NCBI GenBank assembly: GCA_965219695.1
Contig: CBDCOJ010000016.1
Coordinates: forward strand, 32,360-96,359
DNA: 64,000 bases
Direction: 5' to 3'
DNA from: Candidatus Poribacteria bacterium
GTDB lineage: Bacteria > Poribacteria > WGA-4E > WGA-3G
Below, piece after piece: positions 16,643 through 25,672 of the stretch (position 1 is the stretch's first letter; each line of letters starts with the position of its first letter). The notes below the pieces were generated by a model, which worked only from the letters and a program-made list of their open reading frames with translations, did not search any database and had not been told where the DNA came from. A program made the translations under genes and the position numbers.

Positions 16643-17494
16643 ATGGCGAACCAACGAAGAGGTCTTGCATCTGAAAGTATTCTTAAACAGGCTTTTACTG
16701 CCGTGAAAGCGTTTTTGTCACTATTGATTGAAAAGGAGACATGGCAAGCTTTGACGCGTTGGGTATTGTGGCGCGCTTTGCCGAAACGTCGTCGAATTCT
16801 GAGATTAGTGAAAGAACTAAAACCTTTAGATGAAAATGCTGCCCCCGAAATGCATGCCTTGCGTGATGAAGTCTTTTCAAAAAGTTGTCTTGATCTGCGC
16901 CAGCCACAAGATGAACAAATACTATTGGAAATCCTTAACCATGTAGAACAGCCACTCGGATTAGAGCAGATATTTTTCGCCGCGCTATACCCTGTTTTAG
17001 TCAAGCGGGATTTAGAAGCAATTCCAATTCCAACTGAGACACCTCATCGACTTGAAGTGGAAATCGGTTATCTTGCTCACAACGAGGATTATTTTTTTTG
17101 GGTTTTCGAAATTGACAGTAACAGACGCATGTCGCTTAAAACCGCCCTTGAGGTTCGGGAAGCACGGCGTGATGACAAACGTTATGTCATCTATACACTC
17201 GGTTGCACGGGACTCGTTGAAACAGATTTCGCGGCGTATGCGGAGCAGTGGCTTCTTAATACCCAACGTTTAACAATCGCGTTGCCGCTTCTTGCTACGG
17301 CGTATGCGGAACAGTGGATCCTTAACACCCGGATATACTTTTCGCACATTTTAAAAGACTTGAAAAAACGGAATTATAAAGTTACAGCAGATGCAATACC
17401 TGATTTTGAACGGGCGCGGTTGTCAATACTACGCCATCTTTCCCTTCTGCGGCTAAATAGACGTCAATTTCAGTCCGAACGCCGAAATCGGTGA
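16643..17494 (+). CDS. Hypothetical protein
   Basis: 283-aa ORF with normal composition and an internal duplicated AYAEQW(L/I)LNT motif. Its last 113 nt overlap the convergent M24 peptidase gene, which lowers confidence. Confidence 0.45.
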   Translation: MANQRRGLASESILKQAFTAVKAFLSLLIEKETWQALTRWVLWRALPKRRRILRLVKELKPLDENAAPEMHALRDEVFSKSCLDLRQPQDEQILLEILNHVEQPLGLEQIFFAALYPVLVKRDLEAIPIPTETPHRLEVEIGYLAHNEDYFFWVFEIDSNRRMSLKTALEVREARRDDKRYVIYTLGCTGLVETDFAAYAEQWLLNTQRLTIALPLLATAYAEQWILNTRIYFSHILKDLKKRNYKVTADAIPDFERARLSILRHLSLLRLNRRQFQSERRNR

Positions 17495-18563
17495 GATATA
17501 TACCCGGTTCTATAGAGAAACAGATACCGGGAATAAGTAGCCGTGCATCTTGTGTTTCCAGATTGTCTAAATTTACACCGTTTCCATGGATAACAGTACC
17601 GATGTTGTGTCCGGTGCGGTGGATAAAGTATTCTCCATATCCCTTTTCAGTTATATACCCACGGACACAATCGTCGACTGCGTAGCCCGGAATCGGTTCG
17701 TTTGCTGCCCATCTTTCACGGATGAACGCCACCGCCCTATCCCTTGCTTCCTTCACGATTTCAAATATTTCAACATACTTGTCAGGAACGGTTGTTCCTG
17801 CATAAGCCACCCACGTTGTATCGGCGAAGATAGCATCAGGGTCTTGCTGCTTTGCCCATAAATCTATCAGGATAAAGTCTCCTGCTTTAATCTGTTGCGT
17901 GTGGGTTTTGGAAGGAGCGTAATGCGGGTCGCCACTATTTGCATTGACAGCGACGATGGGTGGATGATTGGTTATCAACTTCATTTGATCAAACTGGTTG
18001 AGAATCTGTTGCTGAACATCGTATTCAGTGATTGTGTTGCCTGCCTTGAGTTGGTCACCAATCCAAGCGAAGGCATAGTCTTTTGCTTGTAGGACTAAAT
18101 TGGCAGATTTTTGATGCCCTTCGTACTGTGCTTTGCTCAGACGTGCTTCAACATATTGCGCGAGTTCCGCTGAGGAATGCACCTCAATTCTAAAAGAACG
18201 TATCCACTCCAACGTTCCAGCGTCTACACGTGAAATGTAAGGGATTGATGCGTTAGGTGAATACTCCATTGCAACTGATTCGACATTGCTAAGGAGTGTT
18301 CTCATCTCTGCGTTGAGTTCCTGCCATCCGGCGTAAAGCGAGACAACTCCCGGCACCTCGGTGAAATTTGATGTTTCAATCCGATGAATTAGCCATTTGG
18401 GTTCGCCTTGCGCGGGAATAAGGCAAAACCAACGTCGAGTGATGTTTTTACCTGTCAAACCTGCTACGTTTTGTGAAATTGGGTTGATGCCGCGAAAATC
18501 GTATAGAAGCCAAGCCTCAAGATCTAATGTTGCTAAGGTGGTTTGTATTTCAGATATTTTCAT
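17382..18563 (-). CDS. M24 family metallopeptidase (Xaa-Pro aminopeptidase/dipeptidase-like)
   Basis: 393 aa with the C-terminal pita-bread motifs GDFILIDLW, HRTGHNIG, FSIEPGIY and GVRTE. Confidence 0.9.
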   Translation of the reverse strand: MKISEIQTTLATLDLEAWLLYDFRGINPISQNVAGLTGKNITRRWFCLIPAQGEPKWLIHRIETSNFTEVPGVVSLYAGWQELNAEMRTLLSNVESVAMEYSPNASIPYISRVDAGTLEWIRSFRIEVHSSAELAQYVEARLSKAQYEGHQKSANLVLQAKDYAFAWIGDQLKAGNTITEYDVQQQILNQFDQMKLITNHPPIVAVNANSGDPHYAPSKTHTQQIKAGDFILIDLWAKQQDPDAIFADTTWVAYAGTTVPDKYVEIFEIVKEARDRAVAFIRERWAANEPIPGYAVDDCVRGYITEKGYGEYFIHRTGHNIGTVIHGNGVNLDNLETQDARLLIPGICFSIEPGIYLTDFGVRTEIDVYLAAEGKDGVVLTTAPVQNQVLHLL

Positions 18564-18707
18564 ATTTTAGATGTTTATAGATGTGGAATTTAAAACAGAA
18601 GATGCTACTGGAATCATAGTAGCAGAAAAGGAGGCTGTTGTCAAAAGGTATTTCAGCGTAGGTGTGTAAATAATTTAGCACCATAGGTGTTAATTTAGTG
18701 TTCCACC

Positions 18708-18745
18708 ACCCTTGGTAGGCGCGTTTTATAAACGCGCCATCTATG
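18708..18745. repeat. HP-2 variant hairpin
   Basis: cccttggtag + ggcgcgttttataaacgcgcc. It has the same CCTGGTAG-stem-loop layout as the other HP-2 copies but a different stem sequence. Confidence 0.6.
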
Positions 18746-18972
18746 TCGTCTTTCGTTCTGAACACAGCGCGTTTACAAAACGTGCCTACATTACAGGTAG
18801 AACCGTTTGTTGTGCTAAGCGTAAAACCTGAAATACCCCTTAAATTGACGCTTATGGGTCTCTGTACCCACCCCTACAATAAGATGAGATGATTTTAACA
18901 AAAAATTTACATTCTTGACACTTAGGTGAATCCGTTGTATACTAAAACTTAAAATGGCATGGAGAAATTGAA

Positions 18973-19260
18973 ATGAATTTTTGGCATTTAGGTTTCCCGA
19001 TTTCCTTCGAGGTTGATGAATTTTGGGTATTTGCGCTTTGGGTTTTGAGTGTTATAGTGCATGTCACTTTTGCAGTTGCAGTCTATCGAGATGCAAAACG
19101 TATAGAAACGCTTGTTTTCGTGAAATCTGGAATTTGGTTGATAGCAACACTTATCGGAGGTGTAGTTACAGCAGCAATCTATTGGGCACTACATCACTCG
19201 CGTCTAAATCCATCTAATCGTAGTACGTCCACAGAAACAGATAAAGAAGCAATTTTGTAA
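18973..19260 (+). CDS. Small membrane protein, hypothetical
   Basis: 95-aa ORF with a ggaga RBS and two hydrophobic helices. Confidence 0.5.
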   Translation: MNFWHLGFPISFEVDEFWVFALWVLSVIVHVTFAVAVYRDAKRIETLVFVKSGIWLIATLIGGVVTAAIYWALHHSRLNPSNRSTSTETDKEAIL

Positions 19261-19302
19261 AATCGTCCGTATTTTAAATACTAAATTGTCCAAACTTTAG
19301 AT

Positions 19303-19506
19303 TTTTATAGTGAAATCTAAATATGTGCACACTCCCTGGTAGATGCGGTTTCCTAACGCATCTATGGACTGAATAAACACGGTTCGGTTAGGAAACCGAA
19401 CCCGCTGAATACCATACGCGTATTCAGCGTTGATTTGGCCAAATGCCAAAAAGTACTTTTGGCGTTGATTCATAACGTAAAAATAATTATGGATTTTACT
19501 ATGAAA
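19303..19506. mobile_element. MITE-like element (long form) with nested hairpin repeats
   Basis: Terminal inverted repeats are ttatagtgaaatc (left) and gattttactat (right). The interior holds acactccctggtag + HP-2 x2, plus about 70 bp of extra HP-1 hairpins that the short copy at 47545 lacks. Confidence 0.7.
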
Positions 19507-19548
19507 TGTTAAGTATGAAACTCACTATAAAGTGTTTATACTGTGAGG

Positions 19549-21459
19549 TTACCAACTCAGATAGACAACGCGATAATCAAAAAACAATCCCAAAATGCTA
19601 ATAATGGATGCAACGATAACATCCCCGATAACCAATCCGATGAAAAACGGGATAGCACGTCGATATAACCGAACACCACCCGTTGAAAGCAGAATCCGTT
19701 TAATCGTCCAACTGATTAAAAGTGGAAACCAAAGACCGGTAAACGTCCACCAACTTGAAACGACATATCCAACAGGATGGAGTGGCCACTGAATAAATCG
19801 CCATCGCAATAGTAGTAGACCAATCGCGAAAGTGAACCCGCCTGCTGTATACAACAATCCACTGAAATTTGTTTCACCCGGGTTGTAGAGCCATCCAGCG
19901 AGTCGATTGAAAGCCGCGCGTGCATACCACGAACGCGCATTCTCTAAACCGACCTGATAAGAAAGGTGTAGATGTCCCCACGCAGCCGAAAGTGCCCCGA
20001 CAAAAATCGCAATTGCTAACACCCATAGCAGTTGTGTTGAATTAAAACGAGTTTGATGCGCGAGTTTTAGAGCCTCCAATTGATGCGGCATTGGATGCGC
20101 GCGATAAGAGAGATGATTTAGCCAGAAGAATAACGACATCACTGATAAATTGCGATTGCCAATACGTCTTGTTCCGAATGCATCTGTTAAGAGTAAATCC
20201 GGACCGGCATTGTATAGATCGTGGGCAGGTGGTCCCAATTCAGCACGGATGCGAGTGATAGTAATTGACATCGCAAAATAAAGAACAAAAAACAGTGCAG
20301 CAAACCATAGAGACATTCCTGCTTTCAAACAAAATCCTATAATCAATATCAATCCAATCAACGCGCCGATTATTGCTGCTTTGTAGCGTAACGCCTCACC
20401 TTCATCACTATCCGTCATGGCACGACTGCTGAACAAGGTCTTCAACACAATCTTAACATGTGAACGTCCCATCCACAATGTCCATAGAAATAGAGCTATC
20501 CATACACCACGAATCTGCGCCATTTCTCTCGGAAACCCGATAGAACCACGCCATCCAAAGCTCTCCCCGACAATTCGTTGAAAGTGCCAGAATAGGTGAA
20601 AAAACCAGCAGGAAAATCCTAAATCAAGTGGAATCAAAAAGCCAACGCCGATCGCAAACGGAAAGAAACTGATACGGAAACCGGGATTATTCATTGCACT
20701 CCACGGCTTTTCTGTGAGACGAAAACTATGATAGAGCGGAATTGTCGGGAAAACTGGATTGATTTGGTGTAAACTATAAAGAAGGTTCAGCAAGGCAGCG
20801 ATGCACAATCCGACAGTCATCATCCGCCGATTGAAAAAGCGGTTCTTTCCTTGCGTGATTTCAAAAGGGAGTTGGGCAATTGGATAGGTAAGGCGTTCAT
20901 GTTCTTGCCACTGTTTGCGCAAAAGCACATTAAGACAAAGCATTGTTACACCGATAACGAGGCAGAAACCTACCCATATCAGTGTTGGCGCTAACCACGC
21001 TTGTATATGTGTTTGAAGATAGAACGTTGATTCGCCTTTATAGAAACCGCTTAATATATCTTGTTCACCAACAACAAGCCATTCAGGGAGATGCTGATGA
21101 AAGAGTTGTGCCCACTCGTTTTCAGGTGTTGCGTACCAGAAACCGTTACCCATTAACGGCACGAGCACTTGCAGCATGTCCCGTCCAGCGAAAACAGATG
21201 CTTGACACAGCATCGCGTAGATAGTTAACAGTTCGCTTTGTGTAAACGCAAGTGTTGGACGTAACCGACGTAGTAACGTATTTAGCGCAATGAGAACAAG
21301 CAGCGTAAACAGTACATTGAACAGTAACGCCAAACTTGTGGGACGGTTGGAATCCCAAATGTAACTGAGATGAAGAATCCAATAACTGTTAAGGGGGATG
21401 AGGGCAATGCCAATCAGCGTTGCACGTAACGTAATAGGGCTTTTTGTTGGAGACTTCAT
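19549..21459 (-). CDS. Large polytopic integral membrane protein, unknown function
   Basis: 636-aa ORF with more than 12 hydrophobic segments and a W/F/L-rich composition. No recognisable catalytic motif. Confidence 0.7.
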   Translation of the reverse strand: MKSPTKSPITLRATLIGIALIPLNSYWILHLSYIWDSNRPTSLALLFNVLFTLLVLIALNTLLRRLRPTLAFTQSELLTIYAMLCQASVFAGRDMLQVLVPLMGNGFWYATPENEWAQLFHQHLPEWLVVGEQDILSGFYKGESTFYLQTHIQAWLAPTLIWVGFCLVIGVTMLCLNVLLRKQWQEHERLTYPIAQLPFEITQGKNRFFNRRMMTVGLCIAALLNLLYSLHQINPVFPTIPLYHSFRLTEKPWSAMNNPGFRISFFPFAIGVGFLIPLDLGFSCWFFHLFWHFQRIVGESFGWRGSIGFPREMAQIRGVWIALFLWTLWMGRSHVKIVLKTLFSSRAMTDSDEGEALRYKAAIIGALIGLILIIGFCLKAGMSLWFAALFFVLYFAMSITITRIRAELGPPAHDLYNAGPDLLLTDAFGTRRIGNRNLSVMSLFFWLNHLSYRAHPMPHQLEALKLAHQTRFNSTQLLWVLAIAIFVGALSAAWGHLHLSYQVGLENARSWYARAAFNRLAGWLYNPGETNFSGLLYTAGGFTFAIGLLLLRWRFIQWPLHPVGYVVSSWWTFTGLWFPLLISWTIKRILLSTGGVRLYRRAIPFFIGLVIGDVIVASIISILGLFFDYRVVYLSW

Positions 21460-21514
21460 AGAGAGGAAACAGAAATGGTAATGGTGGTATTCGGACTCGT
21501 GGTTTTGATTATAA

Positions 21515-22442
21515 TAACCTAAGTTGCCACCTATAAAATACTTCTAAATCCATGGGATTTTCTCTATAATGTTTTTATGAAATAAAACAGAAGGAGAAAC
21601 CCCATGGAATTAACCATTGTAGCAGTTTATACGATTTGTGACGATCTTTTAATTTCACTCGGTCATCAAACGCATCCACAAGCAAAAATGACAGATGCTG
21701 AAGTGATGACAACTGCGATTATCGCAGCACACTTTTTTAGCGGCAATCATCAAAGAGCTTGCTGTGTTCTGAAAACGCTTGGATACATCCCGAATATGTT
21801 GGGACACTCCCGATAAATCGTAGACTTCATCGGATACCTCATTTGTTTCAAATACTTTTTGAGTATTTCGCTGAAATCTCTAAATCCAATAATCCGAATG
21901 GTATTTATGCGATTGACACCTATCCTGTTTCTGTCTGTGACAACATTCGGATTAGTCGGTGTCGTCTCTATCAAGGTGAAGAATGGCGTGGTAAAATCGC
22001 AAGTAAACGCCGCCACTTTTATGGTCTCAAAGTGCATCTAATGGTCATTGAAAGTGGGCACATTGTTGAAGTTTTCTTCACCCCTGGCAAGTGGAACGAT
22101 GTCCGAGGTATGCGATATTTTCCATTTGATTTGCCACAAGGTTCTGTGGTGTTTGCGGATAAAGCATATTGCAACTATGGTATTGAAGACGCACTGAAGG
22201 AAGTCGGTATTGACTTTAGACCGCTGCGTAAAAAGAACTCAAAGCGTCAGTTTGAGCCGTGGGAAGTTTATCTGCAACATTTTCACAGAAAACGGGTTGA
22301 AGTGACAAATAGTCTGATTACACAACTATTACCGAAGTCAATACATGCAGTGACTGCGACAGGTTTTGAGTTGAAACTATTTTTATTTATCATCGCAACC
22401 AATATAAAACAACTTTATGGCGATAGGTAGCAACTTGGGTTA
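21515..22442 (+). mobile_element. IS982-family insertion sequence, copy A (inactivated)
   Basis: 928 bp, near-identical to copy B (42791-43719) in inverted orientation. Terminal IRs are taacctaagttgccacctat / ataggtagcaacttgggtta. Confidence 0.85.
21604..22430 (+). pseudogene. IS982-family DDE transposase, frameshifted
   Basis: Copy A reads cccgataaatcgtag at 21809-21823, where copy B reads cccgatataatcgtag. This 1-nt deletion splits the ORF into 21604-21816 and 21759-22430. Confidence 0.85.
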
Positions 22443-22448
22443 AAATAC

Positions 22449-22478
22449 TTGACGAATCGCAAAAATATATGCTATACT
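22449..22478 (+). promoter_or_regulatory. Candidate sigma-70 promoter for the LamG genes
   Basis: TTGACG (22449-22454), an 18-nt spacer, then TATACT (22473-22478). It starts 7 bp outside the IS end. Confidence 0.35.
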
Positions 22479-22550
22479 GTTAGGCGATCTCAAATGTTTG
22501 TAATGGGCAATGTTTATTGGATAGTTTTAAAATTATCTTAGGAGGGAAAA

Positions 22551-23348
22551 ATGAAAAATTTGATAAGAATTGGCATAGCAGTGCTTATCGCAGTCTGCTG
22601 GATAATTGGCACAAGTTATGCCGCAATTAATCCAGAGAACATCACGGGCATGTGGCTCTTTAATGAAGGTTCGGGTAACACTGCCAAAGATTCTTCAGGT
22701 AACAAGAATGATGGTAAAATCCACGGTGCAAAGTGGGTTGATGGAAAGTTTGGAAAGGCTCTTGAGTTTAATGGAACTGATAATTGGGTTGAAGTTTCAC
22801 ATTCAGACACTGTTGGGTTTAAAAAAGGCGTTTCCTTCACAATTACCGTCCATTTTAAAGGCACCAAAGTTGGCGGCTCACTCGTAGGTAAAAACTACGA
22901 GGATAAATCGCAGGCTCTTCCATGGTTTCTGCTTTGGAACGGTGGTGGGGATAATAAAGTAACACTTTATCTTCGTAATTCTGCCTCGGTGAGTTTTCGG
23001 GCAGATAGTACAAGCCAGATTGGTGATGAAGAGTGGCACTTTGTTGCTGGTAGAGCCGATGCCAGTACTGGAAAGGCTTCAATATGGATAGATGGTGAGA
23101 TGGAAGCCGAGGTTGATTTTGACAAAAATGATGGATATGGCACAAGTGACGGCGTACTCCATATCGCGCGACACTTTGACAGATATACTAACGGAATTAT
23201 TGACGATGTTGCGCTTTTTAATGTCGCCTTGAGTGAAGATGATATGGAAACTCTTATGGACAACGGTGTTGAAGAAGCCGCCGCTGTTGAACCCGTCAAT
23301 AAATACACAACAACATGGGCAAAAATTAAACGCCAAATTGTTAAATAA
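22551..23348 (+). CDS. Secreted LamG (concanavalin-A-like lectin/glucanase) domain protein
   Basis: Signal peptide plus Laminin_G_3-type motifs: WLFNEGSGNTAKDSSGNKNDGKIHGAKWVDGKFGKALEFNGTDNWVEV, WHFVAG, IWIDG, FDRYTNGIIDDVALFNVALSEDD. Confidence 0.85.
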   Translation: MKNLIRIGIAVLIAVCWIIGTSYAAINPENITGMWLFNEGSGNTAKDSSGNKNDGKIHGAKWVDGKFGKALEFNGTDNWVEVSHSDTVGFKKGVSFTITVHFKGTKVGGSLVGKNYEDKSQALPWFLLWNGGGDNKVTLYLRNSASVSFRADSTSQIGDEEWHFVAGRADASTGKASIWIDGEMEAEVDFDKNDGYGTSDGVLHIARHFDRYTNGIIDDVALFNVALSEDDMETLMDNGVEEAAAVEPVNKYTTTWAKIKRQIVK

Positions 23349-23363
23349 TAAGGAGAGATGTTA

Positions 23364-24170
23364 ATGTTACTAACTAAAAATGTGGGAATTACGTTTACGA
23401 TTCTAATAGCTGCTTTTTTGCTGATTGCGCTGCCGGGATACGCTGAGTTTGACTTTGAGAATATCACTGCGATGTGGCTCTTTGATGAAGGGGAAGGCAC
23501 TGTGGTTACTGACTCGTCAGACCAAGAAAATGAAGGCAATATTCACGGTGCGACGTGGGTAGATGGCAAATTCGGCAAAGCACTTGAATTTGATGGGACT
23601 GATGATTGGGTGGAAATTCCACACTCTGACAGTGTTGGGTTTGAAGCAGGAACATCATTCACCTTGACACTTCATTACAAAGGCACAAAAGTTGGTGGTT
23701 CACTTGCGGGCAAAAACTATGAAGACAAATCGCAAGCACTACCTTGGTATATGTTTTGGAATGGTGGTGGCGATGCCAAAATCACTTTTTTCCTGCGGAA
23801 TGCAGCGGGGACAAGTTATAGACCACAGAGTACATCCGATATTGCTGACGACAACTGGCATTTCATCGCTGGCGTAGCAAACACTGACACTGGTAAAGCG
23901 AGTTTGTGGATAGATGGCAAGATGGAGGCAGAACTTGATTTTGACACTGACAGTGGATACGGTAATAGTGAAGGTGTTTTTCACATCGGGCGCCACTTTG
24001 ATCGGTATACCGCTGGTATCATTGACGATATTGCGCTCTTTAATGTCGCTTTAGATGAAGCTGATATGCAATCAATTATGGAAGACGGGCTTATGACTCT
24101 TACCGCTGTTGAAGCTGCTGGAAAACTCACAACGACTTGGGCAAGTGTTAAACAACGTATCGCTCGATAA
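23364..24170 (+). CDS. Secreted LamG domain protein, tandem paralog
   Basis: Same motif set as 22551. ATG 23364 is preferred (8 nt after aggag) over the track start at 23358. Confidence 0.85.
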   Translation: MLLTKNVGITFTILIAAFLLIALPGYAEFDFENITAMWLFDEGEGTVVTDSSDQENEGNIHGATWVDGKFGKALEFDGTDDWVEIPHSDSVGFEAGTSFTLTLHYKGTKVGGSLAGKNYEDKSQALPWYMFWNGGGDAKITFFLRNAAGTSYRPQSTSDIADDNWHFIAGVANTDTGKASLWIDGKMEAELDFDTDSGYGNSEGVFHIGRHFDRYTAGIIDDIALFNVALDEADMQSIMEDGLMTLTAVEAAGKLTTTWASVKQRIAR

Positions 24171-24337
24171 AGTTCAAAATGAATGGGAATCTGATGCGAA
24201 TTAGTGTTTTAGGGAAAACGAGTTAAAAATGAAGTCTATACCGCTATATTCGCGTCAGTATTCTTATAATAAATGAAGAAAACAAGACATCAAAAGAACA
24301 AAGTAACATGTAAAGAGATATTGAAAAGGAATTAATC

Positions 24338-25507
24338 ATGAAAAAGATACTGACATTTCCAGCAATAGCATTTTTGCTGTTGGCTGCATTCGGCTGTGGG
24401 ACTTCAGAAGATACGATTGACCCTGGTCCAGACGTGATTGAAACAGGCGAATTCCGGGGGAGTATTGAATTACTTGAAGATGCGACTATTCAGGTGCGCT
24501 TGCTCAAAGCAGGAGAACTCTTCGCACAAATCGAATTCGCAAAAGAAGGAGTATCACAGACGAGCGTTGGGAACGTTCAAGCCGAAATCATCGCGTCAAC
24601 TGATTCAGGGATTGGAAACTTTCGCGTTACCGAAGCTGAACTCGGCGATTACACACTACAAATTTCAGCAAAGGGATACCAAGAGACTGAACTTAACGTG
24701 ACTGTTGTGACGGCTCAAGAGGTATCACTGGATAAGGTAGCACTCGTGGCATTGGCAGAGCCTGTATCACATTTGCGTGGGGTTTTAACCGACTCGGAAA
24801 CGGGTGAGGTGCTTTCTGATGTGCTTGTCCAACTTACGGATAAGGCAGGTAAAGCGTACGAAGTATTAACAACGAAAGAAGGTGTTTTCACCTTTGAGAA
24901 TCTCCCCGTAGATCAAGGATTCACCTTGACGGTTATGCATAAAGGTTTTGAAGATAACAAAGTTGATGTGGATCCGATTTCTGCTAATGAGACTTTTGAA
25001 CTGGATGTAGAACTCACAGCAATACCTGAACCTGAGAAGTTAGACCCCGGCCAAGGACTCAGTATAGGCACTCAAGCCCCCGAATTTCAGTTGTCCGACG
25101 GAAATGGTGAGCAACACGCCCTCGCGGACTATGTTGGTAGCAAAAAGGTGGCTATCGTCTTTTACCGCGGTGGTTGGTGACCGTTTTGTCGTGATCAACT
25201 CGGAGAGTTGCAAGACAATTATCATAAATTTCAAGCTGCAGGTGCTGAACTCATTGCTATTAGTTCCGATAATGTAGCAGCAACAGAACAGACGGTTGAA
25301 AAAGAAGGTCTAAAATTCGTAGTGCTTGCTGATAACGATAGAGAAGTAATTGAAGCTTACAACGTTGTTGATCCAGCTAACAAGAGAATAGCGCGACCTG
25401 CATCCTATGTTATTAGAAAAGATGGAACAGTTGCCTGGAAATCCCTTGATCCAAAGGTCGGACGTGTTCCTACAGCCAAAATTCTCGAAGAATTGGGCAA
25501 ACTTTAA
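24338..25507 (+). CDS. Lipoprotein: two CarboxypepD_reg-like domains plus a peroxiredoxin/redoxin-like domain with in-frame TGA (candidate Sec, U-P-F-C)
   Basis: The track ORFs 24338-25180 and 25208-25507 share one frame (25208-25178 = 30). Read-through gives ...VAIVFYRGGW-[TGA]-PFCRDQLGELQDNYHKFQAAGAELIAISSDN..., an AhpC/TSA-redoxin CxxC motif. The signal ends in FGC, a lipobox-like sequence. Confidence 0.7.
25188..25216 (+). promoter_or_regulatory. Candidate bacterial SECIS hairpin 1
   Basis: The stem caact/agttg (25196-25200 / 25206-25210) closes the loop cggag. An outer gtc/gac pairing is also possible. The stem starts 16 nt after the TGA at 25178-25180. Confidence 0.5.
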
Positions 25508-25583
25508 ATAATTAACTTGTAGGTGTCAATTTAGAGTATTTCTTTCTTGTTGGAGGGAAACCTTGTAAGCCCGATTTTTTGAT

Positions 25584-25641
25584 GTGAATCAACGCCTCAT
25601 GCGCGTATAGCATTCGTCGGGAGCGAACTCCAGTTCGCGAC
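25584..25641. repeat. HP-1 / REP-variant composite between the two candidate selenoprotein genes
   Basis: gtgaatcaacgcctcatgcgcgtatagcattc + gtcgggagcgaactccagttcgcgac. Confidence 0.7.
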
Positions 25642-25672
25642 CCATTTGTTGAGAAGGGAGCAATATTTATTC

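Noticed and set aside
22967-23539. 190-aa minus-strand ORF across the LamG gene junction
   Set aside because: It is antisense to two strongly supported LamG genes, its translation is S/I/P-rich and it has no start context.
25178-25180. The TGA codons at 25178 and 26180 as ordinary stops, giving four separate small genes or two nonsense pseudogenes
   Set aside because: The downstream pieces would lack the N-terminal half of the thioredoxin fold and start at TTG/GTG without an RBS. Both paralogs place TGA at the catalytic Cys codon and share a hairpin at the same offset. Pseudogenisation remains the formal alternative until Sec machinery is confirmed in the genome.
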